A stretch of DNA of 41,917 nucleotides, from positions 1 through 41,917 of IMG/VR virus record IMGVR_UViG_3300006029_000017; one strand, given 5' to 3'. Of the stretch, positions 17,819 to 27,417 are shown in pieces (position 1 is the stretch's first letter; each line of letters opens with the position of its first letter). The notes under the pieces were generated by a model, which saw only the letters and a program-made list of their open reading frames with translations, did not search any database and had not been told where the DNA came from. The position numbers and the translations under genes were made by a program. The DNA is from a virus (Duplodnaviria > Caudoviricetes).

Positions 17819-18854
17819 ATTCTAATTTACCGTTAACTATTTTAGTTCTAACATAATATTCAATTGTTTCTAATAAACCATCGTAAATTTTCTTTTCAGG
17901 TTTCCAATTAAGATTTGTTTGTAATTTATTTGAATTAACTGCATATCTCAAATCATGACCTTTTCTATCTGTAACAAACTTTATTGGAAAATCAGGTAAA
18001 TTTACTATCGGTGATTCAACATTTTTATATAAATTATTGAATAATTCACATATTTTATATATTAATTCTATATTGGTTAATTCATTATCACCACCTACAT
18101 TATAAGTGTGACCTTTTTTACCATTATGGAATATTTCATCAATTGCCGTTACATGGTCGCCAACCCATAACCAATCCCTTACATTCTCACCCTTACCATA
18201 AACTGGTATCTTCTCACCATGCATTAATTTTTTAATAACAACTGGGATTAACTTTTCAGCGTGTTGGTGAGGCCCATAATTGTTAGAACAATTAGAAATT
18301 GTAATATTCATCCCATAAGTTCTACCATATGCCCTTACAAAATGGTCTGAGGCTGCTTTAGAGGCTGAATAAGGTGAACTTGGGTCATAAGGTGTCGTTT
18401 CCACGAAAGGTTGTTCGTCAAGCGTTAAATCACCATAAACTTCATCTGTTGATACGTGATGGAACCTATTTTCAGAACCTTCACCCCAGAATTCTTTAGC
18501 AACATTTAATAGGTTAAGAGTACCAATAACATTTGTTTCCACAAAAATATTTGGGTCTTTAATAGAATTATCAACATGAGATTCAGCTGCTAAGTGAATA
18601 ATTCCATCAATGTTATGACTTTTGAATAATGTTTGAAGAGAATCAACGTTTCTAATATCAGTGTTCCAGAAAGTCATGTTTGGTTTCCACCCTACGGAAC
18701 TACCTTCTACTTGCATAATATTTTTTAAATTAGATGCGTATGTTAAAGAGTCAATTACAATAAAATGGGTTTCAGGGTATTTATCTGTGAAGTAATTCAC
18801 AACGTGTGAACCTATAAATCCAGCTCCACCAGTAATTAATATCGTTTTATTCAT
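17778..18854 (-). CDS. rfbB: dTDP-glucose 4,6-dehydratase
   Basis: ILITGGAGFIGS, HLAAESHVDNSI, VSTDEVYG, PSSPYSASKA, DRKGHDLRYA. Confidence 0.95.
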   Translation of the reverse strand: MNKTILITGGAGFIGSHVVNYFTDKYPETHFIVIDSLTYASNLKNIMQVEGSSVGWKPNMTFWNTDIRNVDSLQTLFKSHNIDGIIHLAAESHVDNSIKDPNIFVETNVIGTLNLLNVAKEFWGEGSENRFHHVSTDEVYGDLTLDEQPFVETTPYDPSSPYSASKAASDHFVRAYGRTYGMNITISNCSNNYGPHQHAEKLIPVVIKKLMHGEKIPVYGKGENVRDWLWVGDHVTAIDEIFHNGKKGHTYNVGGDNELTNIELIYKICELFNNLYKNVESPIVNLPDFPIKFVTDRKGHDLRYAVNSNKLQTNLNWKPEKKIYDGLLETIEYYVRTKIVNGKLEYENRTINTGRSNP

Positions 18855-18858
18855 GATA

Positions 18859-18890
18859 CAATAATACACAAAAAAAAGGGGAAAAACAAA
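18859..18890 (-). promoter_or_regulatory. Bacteroidota-type promoter variant overlapping a terminator
   Basis: TTTG-20 nt-TATTATTG, with ATG 4 nt downstream. Confidence 0.5.
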
Positions 18891-18896
18891 TTCCCC
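18870..18896 (-). terminator. Rho-independent terminator for 18926-19783
   Basis: Minus strand GGGGAA-TTTGTTT-TTCCCC-TTTTTTTT. Confidence 0.8.
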
Positions 18897-18925
18897 CCTT
18901 TAAATTATAACGTAATTAATATTAT

Positions 18926-19783
18926 TTATATTTTTTTACCACATTTTGAACAGAAGTTATCTTTCGCTTTCGCTTTAGCACCACATTGAGTACAATAAGA
19001 TTTGGGTAAATCTTGTGTTTCCACATTTTTTTGTGAATTTGGTAATAACTTATAAGAAACCCTGTGAAATGGGTTTGATTGGAAATCAAGACTCACAGTA
19101 TCGAATTTTTGATTTGAAGTAGCACCTTGCTCAACCCTACCAGTTTCAATATTATTAGATTTAATTTTTTTAACTAGAGATTTTTTTTTGACACTACTTG
19201 ACTTTAAAACATCTAATGATGCGTTTGATGTGGTAGTACCTAACTCAACACTACCTGTTGTCGTAAATGTTATGTTATTTGTGTTTGTCACTGAATCATG
19301 TACATAACCACCTGTTGATGCCATATCACTAAAAAACATAGTGTTATCAGTGTGAACTGGCCCACCAAATGAACCACCATACGTATTATTAAACGTGTTG
19401 AGGTTAATATATGGTTGTTCCTCTCTATAAAATAAAACTTCAACATCGCCATTATCTATAATTGCTTGTTTTACTTCATCACCACCTGACACTTCGTATG
19501 TATCAAATTTAAATTTTTTGTCTATATCAAAAAACCTATCTAAGAATACTCTCTGACCTGGTTTTAATACCAAACCACTTTGTGAAATAAGTTTATTATT
19601 CAATTTGATTTTAGCCAATACCGTATCGGTTGTTGTATTAAAGACTTCAATTTGGAATTCTTGACCTTTTTTAAGGTAGTAAGTCGGAGTTTCTGACTTA
19701 TTGTTATAGATTTTTACCCTGCCTTTATTGATAGCAAGAGTTGCTGTTGGGTTAGGATTACCCACCTTTACATTTGTATTCAT
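18926..19783 (-). CDS. Hypothetical protein: beta-rich N-domain, low-complexity linker, C-terminal zinc ribbon
   Basis: C-terminal YCTQCG...FCSKCG; Thr/Ser/Asn-rich middle. Confidence 0.8.
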   Translation of the reverse strand: MNTNVKVGNPNPTATLAINKGRVKIYNNKSETPTYYLKKGQEFQIEVFNTTTDTVLAKIKLNNKLISQSGLVLKPGQRVFLDRFFDIDKKFKFDTYEVSGGDEVKQAIIDNGDVEVLFYREEQPYINLNTFNNTYGGSFGGPVHTDNTMFFSDMASTGGYVHDSVTNTNNITFTTTGSVELGTTTSNASLDVLKSSSVKKKSLVKKIKSNNIETGRVEQGATSNQKFDTVSLDFQSNPFHRVSYKLLPNSQKNVETQDLPKSYCTQCGAKAKAKDNFCSKCGKKI

Positions 19784-19806
19784 AATTACTTTTAATTTTT
19801 AATTAT

Positions 19807-19867
19807 GTACCAATCTTTTTGTTACCGAAATAACTCCAAAGTCGAATAAACGACTCAAGACCAATAC
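19807..19867 (-). ncRNA. Putative structured 5' leader (three-way junction)
   Basis: P1 GUAUUGGUCUU/AAGAUUGGUAC (11 bp, 4 G-U), P2 GAGUCG-UUUAUU-CGACUU, UGGA linker, P3 GUUAU-UUCG-GUAAC. Confidence 0.6.
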
Positions 19868-19887
19868 GCATTAATTACGTTATATAA

Positions 19888-19895
19888 ATAAATAT
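19888..19895 (-). promoter_or_regulatory. Putative late promoter ATATTTAT
   Basis: Minus strand cATATTTATttatataacg, immediately before the inverted-repeat arm. Confidence 0.55.
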
Positions 19896-19921
19896 GCTAA
19901 AATATATAAAAATGTAAATAC

Positions 19922-21343
19922 TTACCCCTTTCTTTTATCAACTTGACTAGTAATATCGAAACTAATGATATTCTTTGTTGTATTAACTTCGTAGTTAGAC
20001 GTTGCTTTAACATCTAAATAATATCTTTGTGGTACAAGACTCGCAGTATCTAATAAGAAATAATTATAATTGAAAGCTAATTCCACTGGTGCATAATCAA
20101 TTACAGTATATTCAGCTTTACCTTCTTTGATGTATAATCTATACTCTAAAGTATCTAACACCTCTTGTTGGTTAACGCTATACGGTACTCTGGCCATAAC
20201 TCTAACTTTTCTTATATCACCTCTATTAATCTTTTCACCATCTTTAACCCCAGATACGTTAAACGTGTATGTTTTTGGTGTTGAAGCGTCAGAACCAATA
20301 TTATAATATTCAGCTGAATCTTTCAACTCAAATTCTAATTCAATATCTGGTCTTGTAAGACCATCAATAACAACGCCAGACCAAACATCTTCGTATATTG
20401 TACAACCTATTCTAGTTGTTGGTACAAGTAAATCTATCGAATAAACCCCCTGAGTTACATGGGTAATTTGATTGCTTGTAAATGAAGAAAATAAATCACC
20501 ACCGTTATCATTTATTGTAACGGTCATACCTGTCATAGTATCAACATCCGTTGGAACCCCACCTATGTTAACGTAAAGATATAATTTATTATTTTTATCT
20601 AAGTAGAAATTACCCCTATCATCAATAATCGTATCAGCGTATCTAGTTTCTACATATGGTTCATAAAATGTTTGTGTGTGACGAGTAAAGAACCCAACAT
20701 ACTTAAGATTGTCTTCTATGCTAACTTCATTTCCATCATCAAAGGCCAAACCTAAGCCGTGATTAGTAGCACCTGTTAGATAACCGTTTACAATGTCAGT
20801 TATATCAATTTCAAGATTTTCATTACCATCTTCGAAATGTTGTGTTTGTAATGTAACACCAGAAGTTGAGCCAGTGTATGTTCCACTACCATCTACCCAA
20901 TTAACACCATTCGTAGCTTCAATCCAATTTGACGCACCCTCACTATACACTGATGCATCGGATGATGAGAAATATTTTTGACCAGAAAAGTCATAACCAA
21001 CACCTTCATCCCAATCTTGGTTAACAGCAAATAAATTTAAGTTGAAAGATGTTGTTCTATCTTTACCATCGGCAGTTTCTTTACTTAATAATGATTCATC
21101 AAATGTACTAGTATTTGTCATTCTAAGTGTATGCGTTAATTTAGATAAATCTGGATACATACCTTTATCTCTAAATTCCTCAATTCTTTCAGTATTGAAT
21201 TGAAATATGTATCTAGTGAATAGTGGATTTTCACTTAGCCAATTACCACCATAGAATAGTTCGGCCACAGGGTTTTTACCTGTGTTGGTATTATTATTAT
21301 ATACCAAAGTATTGTTCCTATCAAAGTATGTTCTTAAGACCAT
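19922..21343 (-). CDS. Putative virion structural protein (beta-rich)
   Basis: 473 aa, Thr/Asp/Gly-rich, late motif upstream, next to the baseplate spike-like gene. Confidence 0.65.
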   Translation of the reverse strand: MVLRTYFDRNNTLVYNNNTNTGKNPVAELFYGGNWLSENPLFTRYIFQFNTERIEEFRDKGMYPDLSKLTHTLRMTNTSTFDESLLSKETADGKDRTTSFNLNLFAVNQDWDEGVGYDFSGQKYFSSSDASVYSEGASNWIEATNGVNWVDGSGTYTGSTSGVTLQTQHFEDGNENLEIDITDIVNGYLTGATNHGLGLAFDDGNEVSIEDNLKYVGFFTRHTQTFYEPYVETRYADTIIDDRGNFYLDKNNKLYLYVNIGGVPTDVDTMTGMTVTINDNGGDLFSSFTSNQITHVTQGVYSIDLLVPTTRIGCTIYEDVWSGVVIDGLTRPDIELEFELKDSAEYYNIGSDASTPKTYTFNVSGVKDGEKINRGDIRKVRVMARVPYSVNQQEVLDTLEYRLYIKEGKAEYTVIDYAPVELAFNYNYFLLDTASLVPQRYYLDVKATSNYEVNTTKNIISFDITSQVDKRKG

Positions 21344-21356
21344 TGTTCGTTTTATT

Positions 21357-21364
21357 ATAAATAT
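21357..21364 (-). promoter_or_regulatory. Putative late promoter ATATTTAT
   Basis: Minus strand gATATTTATaataaa, 13 nt before ATG 21343. Confidence 0.6.
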
Positions 21365-21373
21365 CTAGGAATA

Positions 21374-22318
21374 TTAATTAATTTTGATATTTTTAGATAG
21401 TAATGATTTTAAATCATATTCTAACAACTTATCAATATCATTGACACCAGAAAGGTCTTGGGGTTTAAGCCCAGGGTAAGCATGTACGTGGTTTGTAAAT
21501 GCATTTATAAAAACACTCAAAAATTCATTTAATCTATCCCCAAAAACCAATGGGTGAGCCTCATTAATTATTTTTTGAATTTCTTCATCGCTAACCATTG
21601 AATTCTGGTCATTTAATGTAAATCTAGGGCTACCATTTTTATGTGTTAATAAATTAATCTTATTACTAACAATATTAATTGCACCACCAACTTCAGTTGC
21701 CTCCTGTTCTGAATTAGCTTTTAAAACAATATCATGTTTTATTTGAATATACGATGGGTTAATTTTATTAAACTTTGGTATATCACCTTTAGGGGTTTTA
21801 GAGTCAAATTGACCAGCTCTTAATAATAATTCTTTTTCTTTTAAAATTATGTCTGAGTTATTTCTACCTTGAATTGCTATTGTATCCAATGATGGGTAAA
21901 CCCCTCTATTTTCTGGTATTGTATTTGGGGCTGGTTTAGGTTGTTTTATACCACTAGCTAATACCGATTTTGATGAAAATAAATTATTATCTTTATATAA
22001 ATTTTGTGGTTGTGAAATTATTGGACCTAAATATAACCTATCAATAAATGGGTTTTTAACATCTGGTATAAAAACCATTACAGTTTCACCAACTTTAGGC
22101 ACTACATGAAAGAACTTTTGTAGCATAGGAAATGAATAACTCAAATCCTTCTCAAATAAACTGTCATCTATACCCGTTATACGCACTTTAATGCGATTTG
22201 CGCCTAGTTCATCAAAATTTGATGTTACCTTACCATAATAGAATATAGTGGTATCTAAACGATTTTTAGAACCTTTATTAAAAACACTCGTACCACCAAA
22301 AGCATACTTATTATTCAT
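21374..22318 (-). CDS. Baseplate hub/spike protein (gp5/gpV-like OB-fold)
   Basis: GKVTSNFDELGANRIKVRI...VPKVGETVMVF matches the gp5/gpV N-terminal OB pattern; C-terminal NHVH (HxH tip motif). Confidence 0.7.
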   Translation of the reverse strand: MNNKYAFGGTSVFNKGSKNRLDTTIFYYGKVTSNFDELGANRIKVRITGIDDSLFEKDLSYSFPMLQKFFHVVPKVGETVMVFIPDVKNPFIDRLYLGPIISQPQNLYKDNNLFSSKSVLASGIKQPKPAPNTIPENRGVYPSLDTIAIQGRNNSDIILKEKELLLRAGQFDSKTPKGDIPKFNKINPSYIQIKHDIVLKANSEQEATEVGGAINIVSNKINLLTHKNGSPRFTLNDQNSMVSDEEIQKIINEAHPLVFGDRLNEFLSVFINAFTNHVHAYPGLKPQDLSGVNDIDKLLEYDLKSLLSKNIKIN

Positions 22319-22488
22319 TATCTTTGTAATCTTTTATCTAACACTGTTTTACCTTTAAGGTATTCAGCGTCCATTTTATCTAATTTATCTATTAAATTAT
22401 GCACTTGATTTTTAATAGCGTCATATTCTTCTTTCATTTGAATATGAACTGCATTAATATCCATATTTGACATTTCTTCGTAATTCAT
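22318..22488 (-). CDS. Small coiled-coil protein, 56 aa (not in ORF track)
   Basis: MNYEEMSNMDINAVHIQMKEEYDAIKNQVHNLIDKLDKMDAEYLKGKTVLDKRLQR*; TAATG overlap with the next gene and fills the gap exactly. Confidence 0.75.
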   Translation of the reverse strand: MNYEEMSNMDINAVHIQMKEEYDAIKNQVHNLIDKLDKMDAEYLKGKTVLDKRLQR

Positions 22489-22491
22489 AAT

Positions 22492-22908
22492 TTATCTAAT
22501 TACCCCTTCACCAATACCTATATTCGTTGTCATACCTTGGCTGATTACAGGACCACCCATATTACCTAACCCAGTTGTAGTTACTTGAACACCAGGTGGT
22601 ATTATAACTTCTATTTTAGCATCCAATTGCAATGCACTAATTATTTCTTCTACAACAACAACAATCATAGATTCCATCATGTTAGTGTTTTCTGAAAAAA
22701 CATCACCCGCTGGTGCACCAGTTTCAGATTGTCTAGCTATTACATTAGAAGCTATATTTCTAGCACTTAACCCAGGTCTTAATTTAGCACCAATTAACAA
22801 TAATTGAGGTGGTAAACTTTCCACAGGTTTTCTAGGCACTGAGAATGCTGCATTTAATGTTTTAAGCACATTAGTCATTGAACTTGAACTTGAACTTGAA
22901 CTCGCCAT
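22492..22908 (-). CDS. Hypothetical protein, probably baseplate-associated
   Basis: 138 aa with N-terminal poly-Ser and Gly/Thr-rich C-terminal beta strands; in the late operon. Confidence 0.7.
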   Translation of the reverse strand: MASSSSSSSSMTNVLKTLNAAFSVPRKPVESLPPQLLLIGAKLRPGLSARNIASNVIARQSETGAPAGDVFSENTNMMESMIVVVVEEIISALQLDAKIEVIIPPGVQVTTTGLGNMGGPVISQGMTTNIGIGEGVIR

Positions 22909-22911
22909 TTT

Positions 22912-24366
22912 TTATTTTTTTATAATTCCAGCCATTTTTCTTAAAACGTCTGTTGGTACCCCAACTAGACTAGCTATTTGAGATTTTTTATATTTAACTT
23001 TTTCTATTTGAGTTTTAATAACGTTATCCGTTACTAATTTTTTAACTTCTTTTAATACTTTATCCATTAATATTCCAATAACCGCATCCCTAACTGACTG
23101 TAATGCAGCTGTTAGTAATACACGATTTTTTTTAATGAAAGCTTCAGTGTCATCAAAAACTTCACCATAGATAATTGAGTGATTTACTGCTAGAATGATA
23201 ATTAATTTTGGTGCTAATATTGAATTAAATATAGCAGCCATTACTTGCCTTAACATTTTTTCAATAAAATTAATTTTTATATTAAGTTTATCATTATTAC
23301 CAACACTATTAGCTGATTCGTTTGCTAAATCATTTAAACCATTTCTTATTATTGTAGTGGTAATCTCCATTAGGTTATCACTTTGTGATTGATTATTAAG
23401 GCTATCTAAATCAGAGTTTAGTTTAGTTAATGTATTAAAATCAATTGTTGATTCGGCATCACCGCAAGTAGTGATAATGTCAACACCTTTCCTTCTAATC
23501 TCACTTCGATAATCAATAGAAGATAAATCTTCATTAGTAAACGTGAAGTAACTATCATCTATTATTATATCATCATCACAATCTATTATTCTATTGATAA
23601 TATCCTCAATCTTTATTTCGTTTTGTATTTGTTTTTTACTCTTATCAATCTTTATACTAATTGAACCAAAAATAGATTCTACTATATTATTAATTAACTT
23701 AGCTGAATTAAATAATTGAATACTATCAATATAATCATTATTTAAATCTGGTAGTTTTTTATTTATAGCGTAGTGTTCATTAGGTTTTATGTTTATAGTA
23801 TTATTTGGTAAGTTTGTTCCTGATGGCGCATATTCATCAAAACGAATGTCTAAAATTTTATTATTTGTTGTGGATAACCCCCAACTATCAACATTACCAT
23901 CGTTTTGTATTGTATTGTATAAAAATGTGTTGAAGTCTGTGCTATTTGATAAATTAAATACGTCATTATATAATAGTTTACCAGCGTCTGAAATTGGGTC
24001 AACTTTAAACATCCCTAAGAAATCAATTTTATTAAGTTCGATAGTAATACCATCATTAATAAATGAATCTGGTATTTTTGGGTTTACACTACAACTAACC
24101 ATAGATTTTAAAGCTTTTTTAATTGCTTTTTTAACATCTAATTCTATTTCATCTAAGTTGTGGGTTAAAACATCTACTAAAGATTCTTTTAATGATTCAA
24201 AACCAATTAAAGATTTAAGTAAATCAGTTAAAAAATCTAAACTATTTGTTTTTTGAGATATTGATTGTAATGAGTTTAGAATAACCTTTTTAGGGTATCC
24301 TTCAGCAGAAACCCTTAATGCAGCAATTTGCCCAAATACATTAGATTTTTCTTTAGTAACGTCCAT
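22912..24366 (-). CDS. Hypothetical protein, probably virion-associated
   Basis: 484-aa ORF in the late operon. Confidence 0.75.
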   Translation of the reverse strand: MDVTKEKSNVFGQIAALRVSAEGYPKKVILNSLQSISQKTNSLDFLTDLLKSLIGFESLKESLVDVLTHNLDEIELDVKKAIKKALKSMVSCSVNPKIPDSFINDGITIELNKIDFLGMFKVDPISDAGKLLYNDVFNLSNSTDFNTFLYNTIQNDGNVDSWGLSTTNNKILDIRFDEYAPSGTNLPNNTINIKPNEHYAINKKLPDLNNDYIDSIQLFNSAKLINNIVESIFGSISIKIDKSKKQIQNEIKIEDIINRIIDCDDDIIIDDSYFTFTNEDLSSIDYRSEIRRKGVDIITTCGDAESTIDFNTLTKLNSDLDSLNNQSQSDNLMEITTTIIRNGLNDLANESANSVGNNDKLNIKINFIEKMLRQVMAAIFNSILAPKLIIILAVNHSIIYGEVFDDTEAFIKKNRVLLTAALQSVRDAVIGILMDKVLKEVKKLVTDNVIKTQIEKVKYKKSQIASLVGVPTDVLRKMAGIIKK

Positions 24367-24374
24367 TATTTAAA

Positions 24375-24746
24375 TTATTTTGACTCTGAGTTACGATTCT
24401 CTATTAATTCCCTAACCCTAGCAAAACTATCTTTACTAACAATATCTGGACTATTGTTTATTGCCACCGCAACATCACCACTATTTTTGATAATTTCGTT
24501 TTGAAGTTTACCAATGTCTAATTTAATTTTAATTGCCGAGTCTTTAACTTTTAATGCATCTGTTTTAGCCTTAGCTAATTTTGCCCACTCATCAACGTCT
24601 TCTGGGTTTGATGCAGCTGAAATTTCATTGATTACCTTTTGAGCGTCCTGAATTTGAGTGCATGAGTTATTGTAAACCTCTTGCATAACATTCTGAAGGG
24701 AGTCATTACTATTTACTTCAATTTTTTGTTTTTTACTTCTAGCCAT
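24375..24746 (-). CDS. Small helical hypothetical protein, first gene of a late operon
   Basis: 123 aa; cTATTTAT motif at 24763-24770 upstream. Confidence 0.75.
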   Translation of the reverse strand: MARSKKQKIEVNSNDSLQNVMQEVYNNSCTQIQDAQKVINEISAASNPEDVDEWAKLAKAKTDALKVKDSAIKIKLDIGKLQNEIIKNSGDVAVAINNSPDIVSKDSFARVRELIENRNSESK

Positions 24747-24787
24747 AACATGTCTGTTTATTATAAATAGGTAAAAATAGTGTTTTA

Positions 24788-25531
24788 TTATAAATAACCC
24801 TCTTCTATCTTATCACCCTTAATTAACTCATATATGGTTTTATACCTACGCATAGCAATCCTAATATCCTTTGTGATTAGGTTTGTATTTTCTCTAATAG
24901 TTGCTAAAATAACATTTTTGTTAAATTTAGACCCACCTTGTAAGGTAGAAAAAAGGATTTCCCAATTATTAAGTATATCAACTAAAGCTTCACCAACTTT
25001 TCTTTCGTTTTCGGTCATTTTTTTATTACCATCAACTCCCTCATTTTCAATCTCTTTCTGAATTTCAATGACAACTGTATTAATTAAGTCTGATAACTCA
25101 TAGTCGGTGTCTGATAAGTGATAAACAAATTCATCTTTCTCATGTACTTTAGAAATTGACGTATCAAAATCTAAAGTTTGATTAAGCATTTTAGTGTCTT
25201 TAATCATTAACCCTATTATGTAATGCTTACATATAGTCCCATAATAAGAAAACGCACGTTTCCCTTTTGATGTGTCAAATTTATCAGCTTTTAAAATTAG
25301 ATACGATAAGGTATCACTATGTACATTTTCAAATGAATAGTCTTTTCTATATAACTTATAACGCCTTATAATTGATTCAACCATAATGTTGAATGCTTCT
25401 CTTAAGTGTTCATTATAAATTTTATTTCTAATAGCTGGGTCATCTTCATTTAAGTATCTTACAACTGCGGCTTCTTGTTCATCCCCAAAATACAACCCAT
25501 TTTTTCTTTTACGCCCTCTTTTTTTAGTCAT
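24788..25531 (-). CDS. Phage late-transcription sigma factor (T4 gp55-like)
   Basis: N-terminal YF, sigma region-2-like FDTSKGKRAFSYYGTICKHY (compare gp55 FD..K..NPxAYxT); no sigma70 region 4 recognised. Confidence 0.75.
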   Translation of the reverse strand: MTKKRGRKRKNGLYFGDEQEAAVVRYLNEDDPAIRNKIYNEHLREAFNIMVESIIRRYKLYRKDYSFENVHSDTLSYLILKADKFDTSKGKRAFSYYGTICKHYIIGLMIKDTKMLNQTLDFDTSISKVHEKDEFVYHLSDTDYELSDLINTVVIEIQKEIENEGVDGNKKMTENERKVGEALVDILNNWEILFSTLQGGSKFNKNVILATIRENTNLITKDIRIAMRRYKTIYELIKGDKIEEGYL

Positions 25532-25537
25532 TAAAAT

Positions 25538-26320
25538 TTAGTCTTTTTTCTCATAAAGCTCTTCCCTATCAACTATATGAAAGCACTCTTTTTTTGCTAA
25601 AGCTAACCACCATCTTGATTCATCTAATGTTAACTCTTTCTTATATTTACTAAAAAGACCACCTTCTCTTTCATTAACGTGCTTATACGCTAATTTAGGG
25701 ATAACCATTATAGAACATGCATTATGTGTCATTCTCAATAAGAACTCATATATAAAACTTAATTTTATACTCTCTTTAAGTCCACCGAATTCCATATAAG
25801 CTTCTTTTAAAACCGCCATACCATCAATGTTAAAGTTTTGATATCTTAATAATGCGGCATTATCTAAAAACCCTAATTCATCTGAAAATTGTGAAGCCCA
25901 TACAGCTTCGTTTGTAAAGTTAATAAACTCACCTTCAGGTGTTACGTCTAAAATCATAGGTAAGAATATAGTTACTAGTGGTTCATGACTTCTATATTTG
26001 ATAACATTGTCAACCCATATACTGGCTAACTCATCATCTTGTTCTAAAAATATAAACCAATCGGTTTTACATTCTTTAACACCTAAATTTAATTGAGCTT
26101 GGAAATTAGTATTTCCGTTGTGCGCAATTATCTCATAATTTAAACCTTCAATTTCTTTAGATAATTTTTCAACTAATTTATGGTCATCAGATTTCTCTTT
26201 AACTACTAATATTAAAGCATCAGGGGTTTGTTTTTGTGCCGCAACACTTAATATTGAATTCCTTAATAAAGTTTCATCCACTTCAAATACTGGGATGATT
26301 ACACTAATTTCATTTTTCAT
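25538..26320 (-). CDS. Glycosyltransferase family 2
   Basis: ISVIIPV, NLGVKECKTDWFIFLEQDD; ATG 26320 preferred. Confidence 0.85.
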   Translation of the reverse strand: MKNEISVIIPVFEVDETLLRNSILSVAAQKQTPDALILVVKEKSDDHKLVEKLSKEIEGLNYEIIAHNGNTNFQAQLNLGVKECKTDWFIFLEQDDELASIWVDNVIKYRSHEPLVTIFLPMILDVTPEGEFINFTNEAVWASQFSDELGFLDNAALLRYQNFNIDGMAVLKEAYMEFGGLKESIKLSFIYEFLLRMTHNACSIMVIPKLAYKHVNEREGGLFSKYKKELTLDESRWWLALAKKECFHIVDREELYEKKD

Positions 26321-26321
26321 T

Positions 26322-27416
26322 TTATTTCGTTTTTTGCTCTTCAATGTTTAATAATGCTTCGAATTCATTTCTTCTATTAGCTACGAACGCACCATATAAA
26401 TTTTTAATATTTTCAATTTCTTTTTCTCTAGTGAATAAATCTTTAGATTCTTTAACACCATCGATAAAATCTTGAGGTACTGAGTCTTCCAACCAAACTC
26501 TCATGAAATCAGAAATTAAACTAGGTATCGCTAATACATTATTAGTCCAAATACCATTATTTTTTAATTCAATTTGCTCACCAGCTGAATCCACTTCCAT
26601 CCAACTTGGTATCATATCAGGTATTTTACCAATAACTGGCGTTTCACATTGAATTGATTCTAATGGAAATGTACCGAAGCTTGAAATATCATCTACCCAA
26701 ACAGATAAACAAGATTCACCTAATTGCTCAGCAAATGTTTTTCTTGGTAAACCCCTTAATTCCCTAAACGTAATCCATTTATACATTGGGTATTGTAAGT
26801 AAAATGTTTTAACAATTTTTAAAGCAGATTTTTGGTCTCTAGTTAAAATTGAAATAATTGGTTTTTTTGGTTTAACACTAGGTTTAAAATACTCAGGAAT
26901 TGACGGTGCAATTGTGTAAGTGTTAACACTAGGGAATAATTCTTTAATGTGGTCTGCTTGTTTATCACTAGTTGTGATAACATCTCTAAACCCATAGTTT
27001 AAATCCCATCTTTCACCTATTTTTAATAATTCTAAAATATATGTGTATGATTGTGAAAGTACTATTTTTTTACATGGAAATTCTTTAACCTGTTCCATTA
27101 CATTAGCAAAAATCTCAGGGACAATTAAATAATCAATTGCAGTTAAATTTAAATTTTGTTCCTCAACTGAAACATGAGGTAAATTAGCATATGCATCACC
27201 TAACCATTCATGAACACCATGGTAATCATTTTTTTCATGTAAAATATAAGCATTGTAACCTAAATCTGTTAAGGTTTTTACTTGCTCATAAATATTTGCA
27301 ATCCCAGCAGTTGGGTTGCCTTTAGTATCTAAAGTGAAAAAATAGAAACCAAAGTCTTTATTATCTATTTTTTCAATTAAGTCTAAAACTTTCATTTGTT
27401 TTTTCTTTTCTTCCAT
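26322..27416 (-). CDS. GT-B fold glycosyltransferase (GT4-like)
   Basis: GIANIYEQVKTL, IVPEI, SSFGTFPLESIQCETPVIG (E-x7-E-like region with the first E absent). Confidence 0.7.
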   Translation of the reverse strand: MEEKKKQMKVLDLIEKIDNKDFGFYFFTLDTKGNPTAGIANIYEQVKTLTDLGYNAYILHEKNDYHGVHEWLGDAYANLPHVSVEEQNLNLTAIDYLIVPEIFANVMEQVKEFPCKKIVLSQSYTYILELLKIGERWDLNYGFRDVITTSDKQADHIKELFPSVNTYTIAPSIPEYFKPSVKPKKPIISILTRDQKSALKIVKTFYLQYPMYKWITFRELRGLPRKTFAEQLGESCLSVWVDDISSFGTFPLESIQCETPVIGKIPDMIPSWMEVDSAGEQIELKNNGIWTNNVLAIPSLISDFMRVWLEDSVPQDFIDGVKESKDLFTREKEIENIKNLYGAFVANRRNEFEALLNIEEQKTK

Positions 27417-27417
27417 T

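Larger units (their letters stand above)
18906..19884. repeat. Perfect 15-bp inverted repeat flanking one gene (18906-18920 / 19870-19884)
   Basis: TATAACGTAATTAAT ... ATTAATTACGTTATA. Confidence 0.85.

Noticed and set aside
22880-22903. GAACTT hexamer repeat as a phase-variable tract
   Set aside because: The unit length is a multiple of 3 and it simply encodes an N-terminal poly-Ser.
24375-24746. Terminase small subunit assignment
   Set aside because: Size and helicity fit, but no diagnostic motif is recognisable and it is far from terL; left as hypothetical.
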